Of a DNA stretch of 24,192 bases, positions 17,587-24,192 are shown piece after piece; within the stretch, counting starts at the first letter, position 1; each line of letters begins with the position of its first letter. Under the pieces are notes generated by a model. The model was not told the DNA's origin, searched no databases, and worked only from the letters and a program-made list of their open reading frames with translations. A program made the position numbers and the translations under genes. Source of the stretch: a virus (lineage: Duplodnaviria > Caudoviricetes); the IMG/VR virus record IMGVR_UViG_3300008266_000464, positions 1-24,192 of that record. One strand, 5' to 3'.

Positions 17587-17910
17587 TTATTTTGGAACTG
17601 CGAACTTCTCTCCTTCTTCGGCATACGGTGACTTGTTTTGCTTCATCCTTTGCACCGCATGGTCTACTGCTTTATCGATAATTGATGGAGGAATGCGCTT
17701 CATAAAGTCTTTAGACTTGGGATCATTCTTCATCAGCGCATCCAACTCTTGCTTATTTAGAGTCGGCACGATCAGCGGTATTTGCGTTTCTTTACCGTTC
17801 AATCCTACGCCAATGCTGATCTCGGTCATGACGTTGCCATCGGGACGTTTGATCTCACCAAAGTACCCACTGCCCTTTGGCATTCCATCAGGTCGTTTGC
17901 CGTAATCCAT
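17587..17910 (-). CDS. Hypothetical protein
   Basis: 107 aa, TAATG-coupled to the portal stop; RPDG repeated twice, TEISI, IPLIVPTL, KAVDHAVQR..KSPY. Confidence 0.7.
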   Translation of the reverse strand: MDYGKRPDGMPKGSGYFGEIKRPDGNVMTEISIGVGLNGKETQIPLIVPTLNKQELDALMKNDPKSKDFMKRIPPSIIDKAVDHAVQRMKQNKSPYAEEGEKFAVPK

Positions 17911-19499
17911 TACGCCGCTCCAATATCCATTTCGCCTGTTGCTTGCTCGACGGCCTGCGTCGATCCCTGTGGAATTTGACCCTGAAACTCTGCCATTGCC
18001 GCAGCCGCTTGCGCCTGTGCTGCCATCATTTGCTGACGCTCAATAGCACTGGTACGCAAAGTAGCAGGCACACCCAGCTTGTCGCCGATGTAGTCCACGG
18101 TCTCACCATTGTTCAGCGCCATTGCACCCTCTTGTCCAAAGGTCTCAGCAATCTGCTTGAACTGCATGATGTTCTGAATCTCTTCCATGTTCTGCGCCAT
18201 TGCCAGCGGAGCAACCGGCGCAACCTTGATCTGCATACCGTTAACCTTCAACGGCATTACCAGCAGACCTTTTTCGTCCATCACCTCCAGCATCTTGGAC
18301 ACGAGCGGGATCATGGTCTCGTTAATCAAGCGACCAAATGCCGAACCCAAGTTCTGCGACAACTCCTTCATACGCTCAACCACCTCAGTGGCCGAACGTG
18401 CGCTCATGTTGTCAGGTGGCAGCGACTCATCCAGCAGGGTACGCTTGATGTTCTGACGCAGATCATTGATAACGATCTGGCTGACGTTGAAGTCCCCAGC
18501 ACGGGGCAGTGCTTTGAGAGACTCGCCTTGCGGACCACCGTTTCTCGCCACTGGGATAACCGCACCGGGGACAATCCTCACCGTCTGCGGGTTCAATACG
18601 CCATCATCCGCAGCGGTGTACACACCCGAGATTGCCAGCGAAGCATTCTTCAGCAGCAATTCAAGCGTTTTGTTCAATGTCTTAATGTCAGGCAGCGCCG
18701 TAATCGCAGGACCACGACCATAGATTTCACCAGCCACCTTCATGTAGCGGCTAATCACCCACGGACTTGTCTTTAATGTGCGCTCATAAATCTTGCTCTT
18801 GCTCTTCTCATGCACCACGCAGTAATGGTATTCACCACGGCGGTAGTTAAACAGCGTCGCCTCAGTAAAGTCGATATCTTCGGTCGGCTTGTCTTCGATC
18901 ATCCGTGCCAAGTCGGACGGAATCTTTGCGCCTTTCCACTGTTGTGCAACGGCCTCGCCTTTTACACGCATCATGCGGTAGACGTTATCCACCATGCCGT
19001 TTGCGCCCTCTTCATACGACACGAGGAACTGTGGCACTGGGGTAAACGAGATAGGATTATCATCCGTTCCCGGCTGCACCATCATCACGGCTGTACCGAT
19101 GGAGAGGTCCAACAGGAACTCACCAATCACCATATCGAAGTTCGACTGCTTTAGTGCAGCAAACATCTTCTCGGTGTACTGGTCGAGAACGACTTGCGCT
19201 TGATAACGCTGATCTTCTGGAATCTCTGGTCCCGGCTCTAGGCGGCACCACTTACGCTGCGGCGGGAAGATACCGGACTGCATCCGGTTAGCGAATCGTT
19301 GAATTGAATTGATTGCCGTCGAGTCGAACACTCGTGCCATCTTCTTCTGGCCGGGGCTACGTCCTTCGTACTCACCGCCATAAAGGTTACGCTGTGGCAG
19401 GCAGAACTCGTAAGCGTCTTCGTACAAATCGCGGAACAATTCTTTCTTTGCTCGTGCGAGTTTGTGCCGCTTGATGATCTCATCGACGGAGTAATTCAT
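17910..19499 (-). CDS. Portal (head-tail connector) protein, T7 gp8/BPP-1 type
   Basis: 529 aa; VFDSTA, DLSIGTA, RYMKVAGEIYGRGPAITALPDIKTLN, RSATEVVER, GSAFGRL motifs. Confidence 0.95.
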   Translation of the reverse strand: MNYSVDEIIKRHKLARAKKELFRDLYEDAYEFCLPQRNLYGGEYEGRSPGQKKMARVFDSTAINSIQRFANRMQSGIFPPQRKWCRLEPGPEIPEDQRYQAQVVLDQYTEKMFAALKQSNFDMVIGEFLLDLSIGTAVMMVQPGTDDNPISFTPVPQFLVSYEEGANGMVDNVYRMMRVKGEAVAQQWKGAKIPSDLARMIEDKPTEDIDFTEATLFNYRRGEYHYCVVHEKSKSKIYERTLKTSPWVISRYMKVAGEIYGRGPAITALPDIKTLNKTLELLLKNASLAISGVYTAADDGVLNPQTVRIVPGAVIPVARNGGPQGESLKALPRAGDFNVSQIVINDLRQNIKRTLLDESLPPDNMSARSATEVVERMKELSQNLGSAFGRLINETMIPLVSKMLEVMDEKGLLVMPLKVNGMQIKVAPVAPLAMAQNMEEIQNIMQFKQIAETFGQEGAMALNNGETVDYIGDKLGVPATLRTSAIERQQMMAAQAQAAAAMAEFQGQIPQGSTQAVEQATGEMDIGAA

Positions 19500-19826
19500 T
19501 TAATCTTCCTTATCCAGCTTATACTTTTCGAGTAGGTTACGACCTTTAGCGGCAAGTCGTGCTGCGGATGCGGCAGTGCGCGGCACAGGCTCACCCCATG
19601 CGTTCGCAGCGAGTGCCAAGCGTGTCGGCTCACCTTTATCGTTAACCAATGGCCCACTCGGATTGGTGTAGAACCGAGTGAGGAAAGACCCTTTGCGTCT
19701 GGCTTTCTCGCCAGTGGGGGATGACTCTTTGACTCCGGGCTTTAAGTTCTTGCTCTCACCCGAGGCTTCGAACTTTCTGCGACCGGCTTCTGTCAATCCA
19801 CCTTCAGGGTCTTTGTACTTACTCAT
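19500..19826 (-). CDS. Small basic protein (DUF6321-like)
   Basis: 108 aa; KDPEGGLTEAGR..NLKPGVK..RRKGSFLTRF..PTRLALAANAWG. Family name from recall. Confidence 0.7.
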   Translation of the reverse strand: MSKYKDPEGGLTEAGRRKFEASGESKNLKPGVKESSPTGEKARRKGSFLTRFYTNPSGPLVNDKGEPTRLALAANAWGEPVPRTAASAARLAAKGRNLLEKYKLDKED

Positions 19827-20179
19827 GTCGTGCCGTCAGTTCGCAAAACAACCCAGCAAGCGATGTTCGTTGATGCGTTACCCGACGTAATGCTGGGCTT
19901 AATAAAGCGAGGCTCAGTCAGCATCTTTTCAATTGAATCTGCTGTCAAAATCATTGAGCCAACATCGTGCTTTTTAGTCACAGCAAAGTTACTGCCGTCG
20001 TTCGACCCCAATATATTCAGGTTAGCGCTGCCATCGAATGCGCCGAAACCGTGGATTGTAATGTGGTGAAACTCATCGACTTGCAGTGGTGCGCCATCGT
20101 CACCTTGTAAAAGGCCCGTCCATTTATAGACGCGCATATGTCTGTCACGGTAGACAGTTTCCAACGCTCTAGTCGCCAT
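19823..20179 (-). CDS. Small beta-sandwich protein, possibly a virion accessory protein
   Basis: 118 aa; WTGL..GDDG, GAFDG, GSNDGSNF, PRFIKP pattern; SD GAGG. Confidence 0.65.
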   Translation of the reverse strand: MATRALETVYRDRHMRVYKWTGLLQGDDGAPLQVDEFHHITIHGFGAFDGSANLNILGSNDGSNFAVTKKHDVGSMILTADSIEKMLTEPRFIKPSITSGNASTNIACWVVLRTDGTT

Positions 20180-20354
20180 TGTCTTCCTCTTCGTCGGCTA
20201 GTTCTGCTGCCTTCTTCATATCCATCTCGTTCGGTGTCTTGCGGCCAGCCTTCTTCGCCAACATCTTGGCAACTTTGCGCTCGAACGCCGAAGGAGTTTT
20301 CGTCTCCTCTTCTTTTTCTTCTTCTTCGATCTCAATCTCAATGGAGAACTTCAT
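20169..20354 (-). CDS. Small protein, acidic termini and basic core
   Basis: ATG at 20354, 1 nt after the upstream stop, gives 61 aa MKFSIEIEIEEEEK...AKKAGRKTPNEMD; preferred over the start at 20390 in the ORF track. Confidence 0.7.
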   Translation of the reverse strand: MKFSIEIEIEEEEKEEETKTPSAFERKVAKMLAKKAGRKTPNEMDMKKAAELADEEEDNGD

Positions 20355-20355
20355 G

Positions 20356-20514
20356 TCATTTGCCTTTCGCGGCTCGCATATTGTCCACAAGGTTCGGGTA
20401 TGGACGGCCCGACTTCTTCGCCATTTGTTTGGCTGCGGCCTTTTGCATTGGCGTTAGCTTTTTTGGCTCACCCAAATCTTTGGGGCGTGGCTTATCCCAT
20501 ACCTCTTTCATCAT
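20356..20514 (-). CDS. 52-aa Lys-rich protein (not in ORF track)
   Basis: Hand translation MMKEVWDKPRPKDLGEPKKLTPMQKAAAKQMAKKSGRPYPNLVDNMRAAKGK; ATGA overlap with the upstream stop. Confidence 0.8.
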   Translation of the reverse strand: MMKEVWDKPRPKDLGEPKKLTPMQKAAAKQMAKKSGRPYPNLVDNMRAAKGK

Positions 20515-20681
20515 TTGCCTTTCTTCGCCATACCGGCTTCAGACATTGCGATGGCAACCGCTTGGTCGCGTGACTTTACCTTGTCGCCGCTGGATGACTT
20601 CAGCTTGCCAGCCTTGTACTCGCGCATGACTTTAGACACTTTGTCCTTCATCTTGTCTTTCGACCCATAATGCCCCGGCAT
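20511..20681 (-). CDS. 56-aa basic protein (DUF6496-like; not in ORF track)
   Basis: Hand translation MPGHYGSKDKMKDKVSKVMREYKAGKLKSSSGDKVKSRDQAVAIAMSEAGMAKKGK; TAATG coupling, SD GGAGG. Family name from recall. Confidence 0.8.
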   Translation of the reverse strand: MPGHYGSKDKMKDKVSKVMREYKAGKLKSSSGDKVKSRDQAVAIAMSEAGMAKKGK

Positions 20682-20935
20682 TATTCGCCTCCAAGTGTTG
20701 AAGCGCCACCGCCAAGTCCAAGTTCAGCATCCATGCGTTCTTGCGATAGCAATGTGCGTGAACCGCGACGGCGACGCAATGCCGTCACAGCTTGTTCTGG
20801 TTTTGCTCCACTAGCAATAGATGCTGCTGGACCAGCAGGCTCACTTTGCTTTACTGCTGCTTGCGCTGGTTTTGCTGGGGCAGGCGCAGAACCGCCACGC
20901 AAAAGATTTTTTACACCTCTAACAATTGCGCTCAT
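20681..20935 (-). CDS. Small Ala/Pro-rich virion-associated protein (T7 gp6.7/7.3-like position)
   Basis: 84 aa, C-terminal RRRRGSRTLLS..GL..TLG motif. Confidence 0.7.
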   Translation of the reverse strand: MSAIVRGVKNLLRGGSAPAPAKPAQAAVKQSEPAGPAASIASGAKPEQAVTALRRRRGSRTLLSQERMDAELGLGGGASTLGGE

Positions 20936-21189
20936 AGTTGCCTCATTAATGGAAGTTCAGGAAGTCCTACTTCAGAATCAACACGCTCTGTTGACAACAG
21001 GCTTCGTGCGCCGCCACGGCGACGCGCATTGGCCTGTGCCATTAGACGCTTTGCCTCTTCAGCTTTTTCGACAGCTAGTTGTTCTTCTTGTTTTTTCAGA
21101 CGCGCATCTTCACGGGCATTGGCTTGCCGCTGCAATTCCAGTTGTTCTCTGGCAGCGCGGTCGGAGCCGCCGCCGAATAATCCGCTCAT
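20932..21189 (-). CDS. Small coiled-coil virion-associated protein
   Basis: 85 aa, starts MSGLFGGG, C-terminal RRRGGARSLLS motif. Confidence 0.7.
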   Translation of the reverse strand: MSGLFGGGSDRAAREQLELQRQANAREDARLKKQEEQLAVEKAEEAKRLMAQANARRRGGARSLLSTERVDSEVGLPELPLMRQL

Positions 21190-21677
21190 ACTTGCCTCAC
21201 AATGCTCATTATGTAAAAATCACTGCGATCCGGGCCGTATGCCTGCAATGTCCCTTCGGTTTTAAACCCGATGGTTGCTGCCCATTTCACTGCCCGATTG
21301 TGATCGCACCTTACTGTAATCTGCTGTCGGTGTAAACACATTGATATCGCCGTGATATCAATAAATGCTTTGGCTCCGTGGCACATAAACAGTGGGTAGC
21401 GTCGCAGTTCTTCGTCGGGGATGAACCAGAGTTCCGCGACTCCCGGCCAGATGGCTCCTGCCCCAAAGATACCGACAGGTCTGCCGTGCAGGAGTACCGT
21501 TACTGCGGGTCCAAGTTCTGATTGGGCGTCGATCATCTGCTGCACTGATACCAAATTGCTAATACCAACGATGTCTTGGTTGTTGGTATTTATGTAACTA
21601 AAGTGGTCAGGTGCGTAGGGTACAAAAATCGCCCCAGTGGGGCGTTGGACTCGTTCGTTTAGTTCGATGGCGGTCAT
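21186..21677 (-). CDS. GNAT-fold acetyltransferase-like protein
   Basis: 163 aa; GIFG..IWPGVAELW, AVKWAATIGFKTEG.L..YGPD..D motif. Confidence 0.75.
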   Translation of the reverse strand: MTAIELNERVQRPTGAIFVPYAPDHFSYINTNNQDIVGISNLVSVQQMIDAQSELGPAVTVLLHGRPVGIFGAGAIWPGVAELWFIPDEELRRYPLFMCHGAKAFIDITAISMCLHRQQITVRCDHNRAVKWAATIGFKTEGTLQAYGPDRSDFYIMSIVRQV

Positions 21678-23227
21678 GCGAATACATCAAAATCGCTGTT
21701 GGCAATGGTTTGTGCTTGAAAAGTGCGGCCAGATATGGCTGAACTTTTGGTCATTCGGCGGTGTTCGCCGCCACCGAGTAACAGATACCCGAAGGCATCG
21801 CCAACGTGGGAGTGTTCGTTCTTGTTGGGTGCGTCCCGGAAGCGTTCTTGGCCTGATCCGATGGAGATTCGCTTGAAGTGGTAGCCGCCTGCTAGGGATT
21901 TGCGAAGCAGTTTGCAGGATTTGTCCACGATCAGTCCGGGTTTGCCGCCGATTAGTCGCTGCATGGGTGCGGCTGCGGCTTCCCGACGGACTTTAAAGTC
22001 GTTACTGGGGGTGGGTTGCGCTCGGAGGCCCAGTGTTCGCAGGTGATCGAAGGCGGTGACTTCGTAAATAGCGTCGCGCTGCATACCGGCGGGGTCGCCC
22101 CACACAAAAATCTGGGCATTGGGGTATCGGGCGTTCAATTCGCCGAGCAATTGCTGGCCGAAACGCTCAAGACCCATGTCGAAGGTGACGATTTCGTGCA
22201 GGATATTCCATGTACCTGCGTTGGTTTTCTGTCCGATGACGGCAGCGGGGGTCAAACCGAAGTCGAGACCGACTTGAATGGGCTGTGTTGGATCGTAATC
22301 CAAGTCAGCGGACATCATGTTATCGTCGTATTCGGGCCAGACTGGTCTGCCTTCTTGGACGTAGGTGTATTTTCCTTCGGCGTAGCATCTGATCCAGTCG
22401 AGGTTTTTCCCCAAGAGCATCTGCTGGTAGTAACCGGCAGGCAGGTTGGAGGTATTTTCAGCTTTAGGGTTGGGCTTCCACCATCGACCTGCGCTATATA
22501 TGTGATCGTTTGCTTCAGGATTCTCTGGTAGTTCTGCCAAGTCTGCTTCTTCGATGCCTCCGGGCTGTCTGAAAAACTCCCACTTGTACGCCCCACTCAT
22601 CTTCTCCTTTTCTGCCATCCTAAACCACCAATGGTCATCATCCATTGGGTTGGTATCCAGAATAATTCCGTGCCATGTCGCGCCACCATCCCGCTTACTG
22701 GGGTATCGTCCAACGCGATGCGTCAGCCCATCGATGACTGCCTTGGGCAATTCTCTTGCTTCGTTGACCCATGCGCCGGTTAACTCTAACGACAGTAGTT
22801 TGCGGACATCTTTTGGATCATCCAATGCTAGGAAGATGACTTCGCAATCGATACCGGCAGCGCCATCTCGGGCGGGTAATCGGATGTGATGGGTAATAGG
22901 TGGTGTATGCAGCAGGGGTCCGAAAGTCGCTTCGGGGAACATATCGATCCACGTTTTGATGGTCGTGGTTTTCAGCATGGGGTAGCTGTTTCGCACAATC
23001 GCAAAGCGGCTGTATTTGATACCATCCACAGGACTCGGCTTTTGCTGGACGGCCTTCATCATGATCTCAGCGCAGCAGGCGTAGGATTTACCGGAGCCGA
23101 CTGGCCCCATGATGCCGCGCACGAAGGCTTTGGACTGCAAGAACTTCCAGACGATTGGGCTGGTAGAGAAGTCGAGGTTTAGCCCTGTCTGAGGTAGAAC
23201 CTTACTGCTTGTCTCTTTGGTTTTCAA
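21674..23227 (-). CDS. terL: Terminase large subunit
   Basis: 517 aa, TTG start; Walker A GPVGSGKS, Walker B GAWVNE, DTNP coupling motif, nuclease motifs GLDFG and HSHVGDAFGY. Confidence 0.95.
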   Translation of the reverse strand: MKTKETSSKVLPQTGLNLDFSTSPIVWKFLQSKAFVRGIMGPVGSGKSYACCAEIMMKAVQQKPSPVDGIKYSRFAIVRNSYPMLKTTTIKTWIDMFPEATFGPLLHTPPITHHIRLPARDGAAGIDCEVIFLALDDPKDVRKLLSLELTGAWVNEARELPKAVIDGLTHRVGRYPSKRDGGATWHGIILDTNPMDDDHWWFRMAEKEKMSGAYKWEFFRQPGGIEEADLAELPENPEANDHIYSAGRWWKPNPKAENTSNLPAGYYQQMLLGKNLDWIRCYAEGKYTYVQEGRPVWPEYDDNMMSADLDYDPTQPIQVGLDFGLTPAAVIGQKTNAGTWNILHEIVTFDMGLERFGQQLLGELNARYPNAQIFVWGDPAGMQRDAIYEVTAFDHLRTLGLRAQPTPSNDFKVRREAAAAPMQRLIGGKPGLIVDKSCKLLRKSLAGGYHFKRISIGSGQERFRDAPNKNEHSHVGDAFGYLLLGGGEHRRMTKSSAISGRTFQAQTIANSDFDVFA

Positions 23228-23445
23228 CCTTGTCCCCTTGCGCGGATGGCATTGGCTACACCACTAGGACAACTGTCGCATTGCGGCTCGTAGGACTCAG
23301 CAATATTTGCACACGCCTCGCGCTCTGCTGCTGCGACCGCATTGGCAAAGTCAATAAAAATTTCAAGCGACTGTTCGTCATCAGTGTCGAAATCAATCAA
23401 CTTAAAAAGCTTTTGAACGTCTTCTTTACTTAATGTCTTCTGCAT
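23224..23445 (-). CDS. Hypothetical protein with AEREACA..AIRARG motif
   Basis: 73 aa, overlaps the terS end by 20 nt and the terL start by 4 nt; contains CDSC. Confidence 0.65.
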   Translation of the reverse strand: MQKTLSKEDVQKLFKLIDFDTDDEQSLEIFIDFANAVAAAEREACANIAESYEPQCDSCPSGVANAIRARGQG

Positions 23446-23860
23446 CGATTACCTCGGGTGCTTTCACATTAATGCCAATGACGGACGGCTTATCAGATTC
23501 TTCTGCGGTATCCAGTAGGCCACTGGCTTTAGCCAGTATTCGCAGCACACCCACCTTATCGTACAGTTCGATGTCCAGTGTTCTAACGCACCCACCGTCT
23601 TTGTCGTGCCGCTCGTTGACTTTGATGGACTTGATTGCTTGCAGGGCGTGTTCCGGGATGTCTTTACTGGCCTTGACCTTAATATTGCCTTGGTCATCCC
23701 ACTCCATGATGTCGGTGAGTTTAGTATTAGCAATGGTCAGAAGCGAATAAGCGACAGCTTCTCGATTCTTGGCGATGGTGGTGGACCCACCCAGCCGTTG
23801 CTGGACAGTTCGGATGCCACCCCAGTTCTTTAATGAGGGTATTTGTTTATTAACGGCCAT
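23426..23860 (-). CDS. terS: Terminase small subunit
   Basis: 144 aa upstream of terL; IANTKLTDIMEWD..IKSIKV..IELYDKVGVLRILAK pattern of TerS proteins. Confidence 0.75.
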   Translation of the reverse strand: MAVNKQIPSLKNWGGIRTVQQRLGGSTTIAKNREAVAYSLLTIANTKLTDIMEWDDQGNIKVKASKDIPEHALQAIKSIKVNERHDKDGGCVRTLDIELYDKVGVLRILAKASGLLDTAEESDKPSVIGINVKAPEVIDAEDIK

Positions 23861-23869
23861 AGTTGTTAG

Positions 23870-23990
23870 CCCCGTCTTTCCGGGGTGTCAGCAGGGTCGG
23901 TCAACGGAAAGGAGGAGTTGATTCCTGCTGCCGCTGTTGGCAGGGAAAAACGAACGCGAAAAACCTGCGCCACCTTCGGCTGGGCATCCT
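23870..23990 (-). ncRNA. Candidate structured RNA(s) in the terS leader
   Basis: Stems CCCCG/CGGGG, CAGCAGG/CCUGCUG plus UCAAC/GUUGA, GCAGG/CCUGC and GCC/GGC fill this non-coding gap. Confidence 0.5.
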
Positions 23991-23993
23991 GCA

Positions 23994-24140
23994 TTAGTAG
24001 CAGGACGTATTGCAGCTTGCACCATAACAGCAGGTTGTGCAAGTGACGCAGCGACCTTGATCGCAGTAGGTGTGATAAGTGCAGGAAGCGTAAACGAGAG
24101 GGGCTGTGATTGCCAGCCAGAGTGCGAAGAGGTATTTCAT
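23994..24140 (-). CDS. 48-aa cysteine-rich peptide with signal sequence (not in ORF track)
   Basis: Hand translation MKYLFALWLAITAPLVYASCTYHTYCDQGRCVTCTTCCYGASCNTSCY; SD AAGGAG 4 nt before the ATG. Confidence 0.8.
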   Translation of the reverse strand: MKYLFALWLAITAPLVYASCTYHTYCDQGRCVTCTTCCYGASCNTSCY

Positions 24141-24192
24141 GTGGCTCCTTCAGTAAGGGTTAGGTGGGGGTACTCGCTACGCCTGTGGAACT

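Noticed and set aside
17877-18776. 299-aa plus-strand ORF and the many other plus-strand ORFs
   Set aside because: All are antisense shadows of well-supported minus-strand genes, with no recognisable motifs or RBS.
23929-23990. Resemblance to HDV ribozyme words (CCCAGCC..UGGCGC..CAACA)
   Set aside because: Lacks the UCCUCGC-type L3, the P1/P2 nested pseudoknot and the catalytic C in J4/2.

Overview
Late (morphogenesis) region of a short-tailed dsDNA phage with a podovirus-type layout resembling BPP-1/HTVC010P/uvMED-like phages. Essentially all real genes are on the minus strand. In transcription order (right to left): a small Cys-rich secreted-type peptide, a structured non-coding leader, terminase small subunit, a short inserted ORF, terminase large subunit, a GNAT-fold protein, seven small proteins (two look like tandem paralog pairs), portal, two small ORFs, scaffold, a terminator/promoter/structured leader, major capsid, decoration protein, terminator, tail tubular proteins A and B, four internal-virion/ejection proteins, tail fiber, a 58-aa partner, a 1076-aa AT-rich repeat fiber, a holin-like membrane protein and a frameshifted gene running off the left edge. 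Several genes under 60 aa are absent from the supplied ORF track and were translated by hand. The best leads are: (1) a putative ejected protein with a TonB-box-like motif and a C-terminal ADP-ribosyltransferase-like domain; (2) an 8-cysteine signal-peptide microprotein; (3) two candidate structured RNAs, upstream of terS and of the capsid gene. All family assignments come from motif recognition and synteny, not database searches.
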